A stretch of 64,000 nt of DNA from the human T2T-CHM13v2.0 reference genome, Homo sapiens. Made by a program: the position numbers and the translations under genes. The notes under the pieces are model-generated. The model had not been told where the DNA came from and did no database searches. It worked only from the letters and a program-made list of their open reading frames with translations. The DNA lies in the NCBI RefSeq assembly GCF_009914755.1, contig NC_060936.1; one strand, given 5' to 3'. This document shows positions 40,701 through 55,126 of this stretch, one piece after another (the stretch's first letter is position 1; every line of letters starts with the position of its first letter).

Positions 40701-43615
40701 TGATAGACCCCTAACCAGACTAATAAAGAAAAAAAAGAGAGAAGATCCAAATAAACCCAATCAAAAATGACAAAGTGGATATTACCACTGACCCCACTGA
40801 AATACAAACAATCCTCCCAAACTACTGTCAACACCTCTATGCCCACAAGCTAGAAAACCTAGAAGAAATGGATAAACTGCTGGATATGTACAACCTTTCA
40901 AGACTGAATCAGTAAGAAATTGAATCCCTGAGCAAACCAATAACAAGTTCCAAATTGAAAGAGTAATAAAAAGCCTACCAGACAAACAAACAAAAAAAGC
41001 CTAGGACCTGATAGATTCTCAGCAGAATTCCACCATGTGTATAAAGAACTGGTACTATTCACACTAAACCTACTCTAAAAAACTGAGGAAAAGAAACTCC
41101 ACGCTAACTCATTCTACAAGGCTAATATCACCCTGATACCAAAACCAGGCAGAGACACAACAATAAAAGAAAACAACCTCAATAAACATAGATTTAAAAA
41201 AAACACTCCACAAAATGCCAGCAAGTTGAATCCAGCAGCACATCAAAAAGCTAATCCACCATAATCAAGCAGGCTTTATCACTGGGATACAAGTTTGGTT
41301 AAACACATGTAAATCAATATATGTGATTCATCACATAAGTGAAACTAACAAAAACCACATTACTATCTCAATAGATGCAGAAAAGGCTTTCAATAAAATT
41401 CAATGTCTCTTCATATTAAAAACTCTCAACAAACTAGACATTGAAGATATATACTTCACAATAATAAGAGCCACCCATGACAAACCCACAGCCAATATCA
41501 TACTAAATGGGCAAAACTGGAAGCATTACCCCTTGAAAACAGGAACAAGACAAGGGTGTCCTCTCTCACCACTCTTATTCAACAGTACTGGAAGTCCTGG
41601 TCAAAGCAATCAGGAAGAGAAATAAATAAAAGGCATCCCAATAGAAGAGAAGAAGTCAAATTATCCCTGTTCGCAGATAATGTGACTTTATACCTAGAAA
41701 TCCCCACAGTTTCTGGCCAAAATCTCCTTGGTCTGATAAACAAACTCAGCAAATTCCCAGGATACAAAATCAATGTACAAAAATTAGTAGCATTCCTATA
41801 GCAACAAAATTCAAGCAAAGACAAATCAAGAAGGCAATCCCTTTCACAATAGTCCCAAAAAATAAAATACATAGGAATACAGCTGACCAGGGAGGTGAAA
41901 TATCTCTACAAAGAGTATTACAAGAGACTGTTCAATTAAATCCAATAAGACATGGACAAACGGGAAAACGTTCCAGGTGCATGGATGGGAAGAATCAATA
42001 TTGTTTAAATGCCCATACTGCCCAAACCAATTTATAGATTCAATGCTATTCCTGTCAAATTATCATTGATATTCTTCACAAAATTAGAAACAAACTATTT
42101 TAAAATTCACTGGGAATGAAAAAAAAAAAGCCCAAATAGCCAAGGCAATACCAAACAAAAAGAACAAAGCAGGAAGTATAACATTACCTGACTGAACCAT
42201 ACTACAAGGATACAGAGACTAAAACAGCATGGTAGTGGTACAAAAACAGGCACGTAGACCAAGGGAACAGAATAGAGACCCGAGAAATAATGCCACCCAC
42301 CTACAACCATCTAATCTTCAACAAAGTTAACAAAAACAAGCCATGAGGAGAGACTCCCTGCTCTATAAATGGTGCTGGGATAACTGGATAGCCATGTGCA
42401 GAAGATGGAAACTGGACACCTTTCTTATACATACACAAAACTCAATGCAAGCTGGGTTAAATAATAAAATGTAAAACCTAAAACTATTTTTTTAAAAAAC
42501 GGAAAAATAACCTAGTAAACACCATTCCTGCATAGGACCTGGCAAAGATTTCATGGCAAAGACACCAAAATCAATTGCAACAGAAACAAAAATTGAAAAG
42601 TGGAACCTCATTAAACTGAAGAGCTTCTGCACAAGAAAAGAAACTATCAACAGAGTAAACAGACAACCTGCAGAATGGGAGAAAATATTTCGTAAACTAT
42701 GCAAATGACAAAGGCGTAATATCCGGAACATATAAGGAATTTACATTTACAAGCAAAAAACAAATACCACCATTAAAAATTTGATAAAGGACATGAACAA
42801 TTTTCAAGTGAAGACATACACTCAGCCAACAAACATATGAAAAAATGCTCAATATAACTAATCATTAAAGAAATGTGATTCAAAACCACAATGAGATACT
42901 ATCTCATACCAGTCAGAATAGCTATTACTAAAACCCCCAAAAAACAACAGATTCTGGCAAGATTGTGGTGAAAGGGAATGCTTTCACACTGCTGGTGGGG
43001 AGGTAAATTAGTCCAGCCATTGTGGAAATCAGCATGGCAATTTTCCAAAGAACTTAACACAGAATTACCATTCAAACCAGCAATTCCATTATTGGATATA
43101 TATCCAGAGAAATATAAATTGTTCTACCATAAAGACACATGCATGAAAATATTCATGACAGAACTATTCATAATAGCAAAGACATGGAATAAACCTAACT
43201 GCCCATAAATAGTAGACTGGATAAAGAAAATATGGTACATACACACCATGGAATACTATGCAGTCATTAGAAAAAAACAAGATGATGTAGCAATATGGGT
43301 GGAGCTGGAGGCCATTATCCTAAGCCAATAAACATGGAAACAGAAAACAAATACCACATGTTCTCACTTATAAGTGGGTGCTAAACATTGAGTACAGATG
43401 GACACAAAGAAGGGAACGACAGACACCACGGTCTATGTGAACAGAGAGAAGGAGGAGAGTGAAGATAAAAGAGATACCTATCAGGTACTCTGCTTCCCAC
43501 CCGAGTGACAAAATAATCTGTACACAAAGTGCCTGAGACATGCAATTTAGTTACATAACAAACCTGCACATGTACCCCAGAATCTAAAATAAAAGCTAAA
43601 AAAAGAAAAAAAAAC
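37775..43615 (+). mobile_element. Near full-length old primate L1 (degenerate)
   Basis: 5'UTR, ORF1 and ORF2 fragments, 3'UTR and A-tail at ~43597-43614. Confidence 0.9.
39497..39811 (-). mobile_element. AluJb-like insertion in L1 (copy A only)
   Basis: Degenerate TSD TTGCTATTCTAACTTC / TTGATAATCTACTTTC; empty site at ~60795-60810 in copy B. Confidence 0.85.
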
Positions 43616-43619
43616 TGCA

Positions 43620-44500
43620 AAGTGAAATGAGATTTATCTTTAAATAAGGTAGTATTGGAGGCCTCAATGATTCAATGATATCTGAGGAGTGATAACGTTC
43701 AGTGTTGATATCTGAGAAAGAGCAATCCAAGAAGAAGGGACACAAGTATGAAGTCCCTGAGGCAATGCTTGGCATATTCAAGAAGTGACACAAAGGCCAG
43801 TGTTGTTAGCCTGGGATGAGCCAGGTGTTTTAGGGCACACAGGCAGACAAAATCAGATCATTCAAATGATTATAAGACTTTGTAAGGATTTGGCCTTTAC
43901 TCTGAATTAGATGAAAGCCACTGAAAAATCTGGAGGAGAAGAATGGCATGATCAAATTTGCGTTTTTACAGGTTCTCTCTGGCTGCCACCTTGAGAATAC
44001 ATCAGGATAAAAGGATGTGCAGAACTAGAAAGAATAATTAGAAACTCATGGCAAATATCCTGGCAAGATATGCAGCAGTTTAGACTAGTATGGCAGAGTG
44101 ATGACAAGGGATTGGATTCTGTAGGTTTTTGAGGGTAGAGTCAACAAAATTTGCTGATGCCTTAAAGATAGGTTCTGAAAGAGAGAAAATATTGACTCCA
44201 TTTTTTTTTAGTCTAAGCATCTGAAAGTCTGAAGTGGTCATTAGCAGAAGAGGGAAAGACTGTAGAAGAAACAAATCTGACAATTGGGGGAAGAGCAGTA
44301 TTTTGATTTGGACATGTTAGTTCAAGTTCCTGTTAGGCATCCAAATGAAGATGTCAAATAGTCTATTAGAGAAAGGATTCCGGAGACCAGCGTTGAGATC
44401 TCAGCTGAAAGATTAAATGTTGGCATCATCAGCACACAGAAAATAAGTAAGGCCATGAGTAGATGAACTTACCTAAGAAGTGGGAGTTAAAAGAGAAGGA
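43620..44500. mobile_element. L2 fragment
   Basis: L2-like motifs GGCATGATCAAATTTGCGTTTT..CTCTGGCTGC and TTTGGACATGTTAGTT..GGCATCCAAATGAAGATGTC. Confidence 0.65.
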
Positions 44501-45289
44501 AAAAAACGTAAATTTAGACCCTTATTTTATACTGTACACAAAAATTAACTCATAAGTAATTGATCATAGAGAAAAAAACTTAAGAAATAAGATACTAACA
44601 GATACTGAGACATTGTACAAAACGCAAGAAATCAAAAATGGGTTAGTAAACCATAATTCTATCTATGTATTTCTTCACTTATATCATTATCTAATTATAT
44701 ATAGATCATCATATAATTAAAATTCCCCACATATCAATCTGCCAATATCTGCAATGCTATATTAAAATGATATATATGAATATATAGATGAATAATCAGC
44801 CTTATTCCTCTCTATTGAACCATTTGGCTACATTATCAGTAAGGAGACTGCATGAGATCACCAACAAAACAAGTCTGATTGATTAAAGATTGAAGAATTG
44901 AGACCTTCGGCAGTGTGACATTTTCAGTTTAGAGGCAAGAGAAAGAACTAGCAAAGGAGATTGAGAAGAGGTGCCCAGTGAACAACAATAAAATCAGAAG
45001 AGGGCAGCATCCCCCCAGTAAACCATGTCCAATGTTGCTAATAGAGCATGCAACATGAAGACTAACCATTGGCAACACGCACTCACTGGTGATCTTAACA
45101 AATGTCAGATTTAATGAAGTGGTGACAGCAACAGCCTCATTGGATTGGGCTGATAGGCCAATAGTTGAAGAGGCTTCATACTTTGCTAAATAACTATAAA
45201 TCAAGAGGAAAACAGAGTTGAAAAAGCTGAGTCCTGAGGTCAGGCACTGATATGACAAATCAAAGACCCTCAGCCAGTTCTCAGGACTG

Positions 45290-47170
45290 AGCCAATTCAC
45301 AGAAGCAGAGATAAACGACTGAAAGGAAGCTTAAGTCCTCTTGATAATGAACACTGGGGGTGGTAGTACATTTTATATCCCTATTCAGTTAACCTATCTG
45401 GCCTCTGCCAAAACCAGATGGATTATCAGATGAATGCACATTAGCATAAACTTAAATCGCACTTGCAGATGCTCTCTAGGATGTGGTACCTTCACTGAGC
45501 AGAACGTGGTTTCTGGTACTTTGTATGTGGCTTTTGATTTGGCGAATGTTTTTAAATCTACACCCTTTGTGAGAGAAAATCAAAACAATTTGTTTGTTGG
45601 GGTAAGAACAAAAGCACTGCTTCACTGTTTTATGTCAGAGCTGTGTCACTTCTGTTTTCAGTTTAATTGGCATTTTGCAAAACATCATGCTAACTCAATA
45701 TATTAATAATATTACTTTAATTGGTATTCATAAGCAGGAAGTGGCAAGTTCCTTAAATATAGTAAAATAGTATTACTTTGAACAGAAGTAAAATATCAGA
45801 AGAAGAGAGACATAAACCTCAGCAGATTCAGGAACTTATAACATAGATGGTGTTTTTACAGGTCCATGCTCCTGGTCCTTGTGTCAAAACATCCTTTTTA
45901 AAGTAAACGGCATGTTTCCTGATACATAATTCTTCTCACTAAAAAAGAGGCACAGTGTTTTTTGGGCCTATTGGGATTTTGGAGTCAACATATTCCTCAT
46001 TTGAGGATATTGCTCTGACTCACTAATGGAGTTTCCAAAGGCCATTGGTCTCAAGTGGAAACCAGAACAAAAAAGGGTTCCATAACAGCTATAGGGTCTG
46101 GCCTAAGCTGCTCTGCCCGTTGTGCCAGATGATCCAGCAGAATTCAAACATGCTAGAGGCATGCATAGTGGGCATTACAGGACTCTGTCCAAGTCTCTGA
46201 CAAATCCACAGGAGAGGGGAGAGAAAACTCCTAGGGAATTAGTGCAAGACCATTCCCTCTTCAGCAGAGGAGTGCCCTCTGTCTCAAAAACAAAACAGCA
46301 GTTGCAGAAGATTAGAGACAAGAGAAAGAACCAGCAAAGGAGATTGAGAAGAGGTGCCCAGCGAACAATGATAAAATCAGAAGATGGCAGCATCCCCCAA
46401 ATAAACCAGGTTCATTGCTGCTAATACAGCATGCAACAGGAAGACTAATGATTGCCCCTCTAAGCATGAGCGCCTCTAAGCACAAGACCCTGTGCAACAG
46501 TGGAAATCATATGCCCATAAAGCCAGCCATGATTGGAAGACATGAGCAAATCTGAGTGGTACAAGGAGTAGACAGTATTGGACTTAAACATGTGCTTCCT
46601 CAGATTCCCTTAACTGTCACTTATTCTCTAGGCCAGCACCTTGCCTGATCCAGATCATCCTACCATCCTTCCTTGAATGGAACACCACACTGTGGGCCTG
46701 AGGTCTGTCTTTCATAACAGCCACCAACGGACTGGATGATGGAAAGCAGAACAGCAGAGATGGTAGTTCCGCCTCAGGGAAACCCTGGCCAATGGAAAAT
46801 GGAAGACAGAAGACAGCTGAACAGATACATTCTCCCTCCTCTCTCGCTTCCATGGACTAATGCTGGCTGTGGTATTCCCCTTGTAGCCTTTCCGGAAAAG
46901 TACTGGGGTCCAGGTGCATGCATCTGATGACCACCATGCTGTCTCTCTCACCTTATAATGAAGTTGCCACAACAGAGTCACATACACACAACACATTGTT
47001 ACAATACATCCCAACACGTTCTTTCACATCTGCTCTTGCCTCACTTTCCACGTGCTCTTGCCTCAATTTCCACGCGTCCCTGCCATTGCTGCCCTGGACT
47101 TACCTTCCAAAGAAATGTTATCACTTTAATATCAGACACTGGCTCTAGTTCTAGACCTCCAAAGCTAAGA
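45290..47170 (+). mobile_element. ERVL-class internal (pol) relic and LTR16-like LTR (~46600-47170)
   Basis: LYVAFDLANVFKSTP resembles the ERVL RT motif YAAIDLANAFFSIP; LTR16-like downstream segment. Confidence 0.55.
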
Positions 47171-47752
47171 TATTCATTCAGTGGTATAATTTATTTTTCA
47201 CTCACTTTTCTGTGATTTTATAATATGGCAATTAAAATGTTCATTTAGAAAGGATATTAAAAATATTATATAAAAATCACATTTTAGTAAGGTAATTCAT
47301 AACTAACTCAATTTTTAAAATTGAAATGCATTTTTTACATAATAACCAGCTAGAAATATCAGAATACAAATATATCATTCACAATCGAGAAAATATATAC
47401 AAATATCCAAAAGTCTTTTATATGCTGTTTTGAAGGTATTGTAGTGGGTGCCATGTGATTTTGATGTTCCACCTTATCTCCATGTTTTTAGTCTGATATA
47501 GCTGCATCAAGGCTATATATAGCGATATTTCCCCTGCAAGTATGGAATAACCACACTTTTACTCTGAAAAATGCTTCTTCTTAGATAATTCTGTCATCTC
47601 AACCAGAAACCAGAATAGGCAAATTCATGCAACTGTAGATTTTGTGATGTTTCATTTTCACTGGTTCACCACCCCAAGACATGTAATTTATTACTCTATT
47701 CACTAACTCATTTGTTCTTCAAAATATTTTTGGCTATCTATTTTTTATGTGA

Positions 47753-48105
<353 letters not shown>

Positions 48106-49448
48106 AGGGTCTCTGCTTTTATGGTGCTTACGTTGTACCAGGAAAGATATATAATAAACAAACAAATAAATCAAATGATTTATCTCAAGGTTTAGATAAC
48201 ATTGTTAAAATTTCATAACTCCGAGAATTGATACAGTCTGTAGAATTTACTTGTTTAATGACGTTATACATTTTTTCCTATAATAGAACTTGCTATCACT
48301 GAATATGTCAACACACTTTCTCTCACTGCATTATTTGCAACTAGATTATAATAAAACATATATTTAAGTCATTTCCTATCATCAATACATAGATGTCATA
48401 GACGTCATTTTAGAATTTGCAGAAAGTATAATTCAAATGATTTTCATAATTTCTATACTATTTTTACATGGAGTATTTTTTCAAGTAATAAAGATTTGAG
48501 TTCATTTATGTGATGTTTAAAAAGATTTTTAAATGTGGAAGATAGTGGAGAGAATCGGCAATTTAGGGGCTCTGAAGCAGTTTAGGAAAGAAACGGAAAT
48601 ATTTGGTATCCGATCTCAATTTCAAAAAAGGTTTTCTTTACCTCAAAAACTGGAAGAAATGACTTTTCTACCTGTATATGGAGACTTATGACAGCACTTA
48701 AGAGGTCAGCATTGTGTTTCTTTCTTCATCCCTATTACAGATATGACTTTTTTCTCAGTTGTTCACATATTTGTATAAAATCTAATATTCCTCAGTACTG
48801 ATGATGGTAGACATATACAAAATGTATTCCAAATATATTTTTCATCCTTGAATTTTATTTTGTGCATAGTTTTCTAACAATAATTGTTTGCTTTAAATTA
48901 AACATAAAATTAGAATTCATTATGAAACAAAAACTACCCCAAAGATAAAACTTCATTATTGATTTAGATTAGAATGCTCATACCATCCAAAAAACTAGAC
49001 GTTCAAATAATCACGTTTGCACACTATGGTACATACGTATGGTACAAATAACAGTGGAAAAGAGCAATGATTTTGTGAAATAAGCTGTAAGTTCTTAACA
49101 ATTATAAATAGAGATCATAAATTTTTCAAATGAAACATGATAATATGAACTGTATTGTGAATACACATGGCTTCATGATTCTGAAAAATTTCTTACAATA
49201 TTTTCTATAATTTGGCAGTTTGTAAAAAATGATTATGTTATTGCCACTCTCTCTTAAGTGTTTCATATACACATACACATGCATATATAGATACTTTTAG
49301 ACTAACTTTAGGTAAAAGACTTTTCTAGATATACTTTTGGAAATTACTCAAAAACATACAATACAGAAAAACCAGTGGAAAGTATAAAATGTTCCAGACA
49401 ACATCAGTTTGTTTTCTCTTGGAGACACACGATGTCCCACTTGTGAAT

Positions 49449-50381
49449 CTAGAAATTTGAGAGTTTCAGGTCTTTTACTCAGCACTTAATCTGACACAAA
49501 ATCAAAAGAAAGGTCTGTTTCAGCTTCTTGCTTCCCCAAATTAGGATGAATGAATGAAATGAAGGGTATATAATTGCAGTAGTTTGGCCGAGCATGAGGA
49601 CAGGTTCGTTCTACAGCCTCCTCCTAAAATTCCAAATCGATGTCATTAGGGACAGAAAGTAAACAGCAAATAACAAGAGGAAGGAGGTCACCGTTTGCAA
49701 AGCTTTTATGTGGACCTTGGTATTGGAATCTGGAGATCCTTTGCCATGGAGCTGCATCTTCTTGAGATGTTTACACAAAGAACAGATTAAGAGCAGAAAA
49801 GATAACAGGGACAGAGTAAAGGGTATTAAGTTTGCAAGCGTGGTTACAGTCATATCTGAAACGTGCGTCGGATCACTCAATTTGATCTCCCAACTCACGT
49901 TTCCTTCATATTCTTTTGTCCACATACTCTCATCCATGTTTACCACAACAAGATGACAAACCAAAAATAACAAAGACCCCAATAGTATCACTGGAATGAC
50001 ACTCTTAATTCTCCTTTTTAAGTGAAGAAAAATAAAGTTGGAGAAATTGGCAATCTTGAGCAAATAAAATATGCTGAGGCTAGTAGCAACCCAGATGCTG
50101 AAATGGTTGGTTACAGCCCAGGCATTAATAGTAGTAATTCTTACTCCTAAACTATATGAACCTGGATTCAAAACAGTTGCATACCAATGTAATAATATTA
50201 CCCAGAGCAAACCAACTCTGGAGACCGCCAGAGCAGTGAGAATTTGGTCAGCAAAGGAGATCTTTTGTCTCTTGACCCACTCAATGCAATTTACCAACAC
50301 TATGAAGCCATTAGCAAAATTCCCAAGAACAAATGTAACCACTACTAGAATGGAAAAAATGATGGGTAGAAAAGTTATCAT
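49449..50381 (-). pseudogene. TAS2R15P: TAS2R15P bitter receptor pseudogene
   Basis: ATG 50381 [26 protein letters not shown]...WNFRRRL-TAG (49611-49613); frame continues [46 protein letters not shown] (49479-49481) then VKDLKLSNF-TAG (49449-49451). Confidence 0.92.
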
Positions 50382-50682
50382 GTCTGAACAGACAAAAAGA
50401 TAGAATAAACGAAGGCCTAACAGCACTGGCTGTGATCCTTTAATATCCTGACCTTAAATTTTATGTGCACCTGATTTCTGAATGTGCAGTAACATTCTTT
50501 TTACTTTCAAATACTGTGACCAGTGTCAAACAAGAAAGTAGCAGTTTATGCTAATTGATAGTTCAATAATGTATTTATGGAAAACATTCTAATTTTCAAA
50601 CAGCTCAACTTAATTCATTCATTCAATGTCTGTTCTTGTTAGAGACTTGTTAGATACTGAAGTAGAAGTGAAACCGGAATTT

Positions 50683-50704
50683 TCATTTGCCAGCATGCAA
50701 ATAA
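50683..50704. promoter_or_regulatory. Octamer element upstream of TAS2R15P
   Basis: TCATTTGCCAGCATGCAAATAA; ATGCAAAT at 50695-50702. Confidence 0.55.
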
Positions 50705-51858
50705 AGACATATTCTCTTTCAGTGTTTTGCAATGTTTTCCTCATTTCACCTTTCCATAATTTGTGTTCAGTAACTTTAGCTGTTTGTTATGGAAAATGTG
50801 CCACATATTTCACACAGTAAATGCCTAAATCTTAAAGGGAGATTAGTCATAACTAGGATCATCACCATGACCAATTTTTATGCTAGATTTAAATAGACAA
50901 AATCCAAACTTTTTAATCAAAATCATCGAAAATTTTCTTGGGAACCATGGGAATGCCAATACACCTTAAAATCTTATTCCTGCTAACCAGTACTTTTGTA
51001 TGACATTAGTGTTAACAAGCTCATAAAACATACACACATAGACAGACACACACACATACACATACCCATCCAGAAAAAATGAACTTTTAAAATAATTTCC
51101 AAAATGGAAAATGCATTTCCAGGAGGTCATCCTGGTGAAATTAGTCCTATTTTCCCACTCAGGGTTTTCAGCCCATAAAAATATATTAAACATATCTCTC
51201 ATACTTAGACCCTTGGTAAAGTTACTCTCAAGTCTATTGAATGTCTAAATATTTGTTATTTCATTAAAATATTCAACATTTTTGTAAATATTCCTGAGTA
51301 TCCCATTATTTGACATATAATCTTGCAGTATTTTCCCACCACACACAGGGTGACTACCTTGCCCCTGGACTCTGAGTACACTCACATAGCTTGCTTTGAT
51401 TAACAGAAAATTGGTAGACTTCACACAGAGGTTTGAGATGGTTTCCACACTGGAGTTTCTTTTCCTTTTCTGTTTATTATGAGAACATTGCCTGGCTACT
51501 ACTCTGTTCCCAGAAGGAGAATGAGAAAATAATGGAGTCAGTTTGTCCCTGCCTGATCCAGCCTACATTGTCCAAACTCTAACTAATTCCAAGATGCAGA
51601 ACTTGGCCCATCTCATATCACCAGAGCCATCCAGCAAACCCAGCTTAGAAAAACTGAATCCAAAGACATGTGAGATATCAATATGTAATGTAGTGTTGGA
51701 GAGGTTTCTCTGGCAGAAAAACCTGATATAGGTACTCTGCTAAACCAAGCGTGTGGGAAATATGTCCACCCTTGTTGTGTCAGGAATAGAGGAGCCAAAA
51801 GAAAAATAGATAAGGAATGGCAAAGTTTTGTCATGCAAGGTAGATAATTAAAGGTAGA

Positions 51859-52207
<349 letters not shown>

Positions 52208-52645
52208 TTATTTCTACATGTTGTAACTAAAATAAAGTTCCCACTTCAACTCTCTTAGAGTTGTATGTAAAGATATATAAATGGTGAATTTTTTCCTAGG
52301 TATATAATGAGCAGAGTAATCAATAATTTTTATGGTGCACTTCTCCTAATAAATAATTTTCAAATAAAATTATAATGCACACTTAGAAATGAGTCAAAAT
52401 AAAAATGGTAAACACAGCAATGTATTATAAACACTCATGTAACCATCAAATAAGGCAAGACGTGGAACATTGCAAAGAGCCTAGGTCCACCTCCATGCTG
52501 CTTTTCAAGCCCCTAAATGTTTCTTCACATCTGGTAACAATTTTCTACTTTTCCCAACACTGGGGTCACACAATACAATAAAAGCTTCGTCTAGGCCTTA
52601 TCCTGCAAGTTGGAAGAAACAGGAAATTGATTTCATGTGATTAGC

Positions 52646-52676
<31 letters not shown>

Positions 52677-52958
52677 GGCATAGCAGCTTGATGAGTCCAA
52701 ACCACAAACTCTCCTTACAGGGAAATGCAATGAACAGCACTGGATCTCAAAATGCCATTCCAATAAATAAAATATAGTACCTCAATTACAAATACACCAT
52801 TGTATTCCATGAATTAACTTTTATTTTGCTTATAATGTAGAAATGGGGCTCTTTGCCTTCAAACTGCATCATTACCCAAGTGAGAGATCAAAGAGGTGAG
52901 GGGAAACTTACATTTGATTTGTTTAGTCCTAAAATCCTCTTTTTAAAAATAAGAGATT

Positions 52959-53141
52959 AGGGTGTGGTGGCACGTGCCTGTCATCTCAGCTACTCAGGAG
53001 GCTGAGGCAGGAGAATCGTTTGAACCCAAGAGGCGGAGGTTGCAGTGAGCTGAGATGGCGCCACTGCACTCCAGCCTGGGCTAGAGAGCGAGACTCCGTC
53101 TCAAAAGAAAAATAAATAAATAATAAAAATAATAAACAAAT
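52959..53141 (+). mobile_element. 5'-truncated Alu (right arm only)
   Basis: TSD AAAAATAAGAGATT / AAAAATAATAGATT. Confidence 0.85.
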
Positions 53142-53627
53142 AAAAATAATAGATTGATCATGAAATGGTTTATCTCTCTGATTGAAGAATTGTATTTACG
53201 TTAAAAACTAAATCTTTATTATAGTGTTCCTTGGATTAGTTTAAGGTCATCCATAAATAACTATTTTCTTAAGCAATGTATTTTAAACTAAACTAAACTT
53301 AATTTCTAAATCTAAATGTATTTAGCTTGACTTGAACTTTACCGTTTACTAACGTAACTTGCCCATAATGATATTGTTTTTTTAAATTACGTAGGCATTA
53401 TCCAATTTATGAATGTATATATTTCAAAAAGTAAATTATTTAATGGGATAGATGTAGATAGAGATGATGATGATAGCTACAAGGTAGACTGCTGGCTAAT
53501 AAATGTGACCATTCATTTTTCTAAGTGCTACAATTCAGGATAATGGGATAACACAATTATTCTTTCTCCTGGCTTTATGATTCTCATATTATTCTCAGCA
53601 TCAGGGCTTAGACTGGAATAATACCTT

Positions 53628-54522
53628 TGATGGAGGACATTTCCCTTACCCCTTCATGGGAGGGAACTGGGGCTCACTGACGCTAGAACCAGCCAGCTGC
53701 TTTAGGGCTGGCAGGGGTGAAATCCACTCGCTGGGACCCACTGCGCCCAGCCCTCATGGGAGGGAGCACACAGGTGAACAGGTGCAGGAGCACTTTTGGA
53801 TGCCAGCAGGAACAAATTCTGTGCAGGCCCCGCAGCAGCATCTAGGGGGGTGCCCGCACCCCTGAAACCTCGAGGGGGAGGGTGTTACAGTGCTCTTTTA
53901 GCTCTGCTATCTGCAGACGTCTTAAGTGTTAGTAGCTCAGTGGGCCCTTTGCCTTTTCGCTTGAGGCGGCTGCCTCTTGCCAGCAAGGGCAGAGGTTCAG
54001 TTTAACAACTTTTCGTATCTGCATTCCTGGCTCCTGAGCTCTTGTCCAGCTTCCAAGAAAAATGAGGTTGCACAACCGAATTGGAGAATGGGAAATGAGG
54101 GAGATTTTATTTTGATGGAAGTGACTCTCAGCAGGAAGGGGAGCTGGAAAGGGAATGTGAAGCAGGAAGGTAATCTTCCCCTGAAGTCCGGCTGTCTCCA
54201 GCCAGACTCTTCTCGAAAGTCACGCCTTCAACCTGTCCCTCTGAAGTCAAGCCACTTCTCTCCAACGTCCCACCATAGTCTACAACATTGAGCTGCTTCT
54301 CCTCTCGATCTTCAGCCACTTCTCACTACCGGTGGAGCCTGGGGTTTTATGGGCATAGGATGAGGGGTGGGGCAGGCCCAAAAAGGCAACATTTGAGTGG
54401 GAAAACAGGGATAGAAGTACTCCCTTTGGGCCACAGTCTCAGTCTATTTGGCTTGAGAGTGGGGCTTTAGCTGAGGACCCGCCCTTTTCTGTCTAGAATT
54501 TCCCAGCCTCCTGCTCCTATCA
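53628..54522 (-). mobile_element. ERV1 solo LTR (MER52/LTR1 group)
   Basis: TG...CA termini, 4-bp TSD CCTT, GC-rich body; minus strand starts TGATAGGAGCAGGAGGCTGGGAAATTCT. Confidence 0.8.
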
Positions 54523-54830
54523 CCTTCACATAGTATTTCATCAATGACAACTTTAAACCAACATATTTCCAAAAGTTTGCTAGCTATTTTTTTCTTTTAT
54601 TAAATTCTAAAAATCATAGCAAACATGACTTCCAGCAAATAGCACCTGCTCTTTGGTTTTTTTGGTTTTTTGTTTTTTTGCATTTTCATATGAACATGTA
54701 CAAATACTCTGTGCAATTATACAGTACATAAAATTTATCATATGTATCAATAGCATCATTAGCAAGCCAAATTCTTTCAAATGGTTATTTACATTCTCAG
54801 CTACTGTGATGAAATATGGAGTATTTTATT

Positions 54831-55126
54831 TTATTTTATTTTGAGATGGAGTCTCACTCTGTTGCCCAGGCTAGAGTGCCATGGTACAATCTCGGCTCAC
54901 TGCAACCTCTGACTCCCAGGTTCAAGCAATTCTCCTTGCATCAGCCTCCTGAGTAGCTGGGATTAAAGGCATCCACCACCACACCCGGCTAATTTTTGTA
55001 TTTTTTAGCAGAGATGGGGTTTTGCCATGTTGGCCAGGCTAGTCTTGAACTCCTGACCTCAGGTGATCTGCCTGTATCGGCCTCCCAAAGTGTTGGGATT
55101 ACAGACATGAGCCACTGCACCTGGTC
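54831..55126 (-). mobile_element. AluS
   Basis: TSD TGGAGTATTTTATT at 54817-54830 and 55130-55143. Confidence 0.9.

Larger units (their letters stand above)
34480..42990 (+). repeat. Segmental duplication copy A (paralogous to 55514-64000)
   Basis: Collinear homology from AAGATTAGCATTAAGAATTT through the TAS2R stub and promoter and a shared L1 junction TTTAGGCTACTGCCAATG. Confidence 0.9.

Noticed and set aside
26618-43620. Numerous 60-170 aa ORFs
   Set aside because: Fragments or antisense frames of degenerate L1 and MER11; no intact ORF1/ORF2, so not active elements.
50382-50426. 15-aa extension of the TAS2R15P ORF
   Set aside because: Non-ATG start running through the pyrimidine tract; the family start is ATG 50381.
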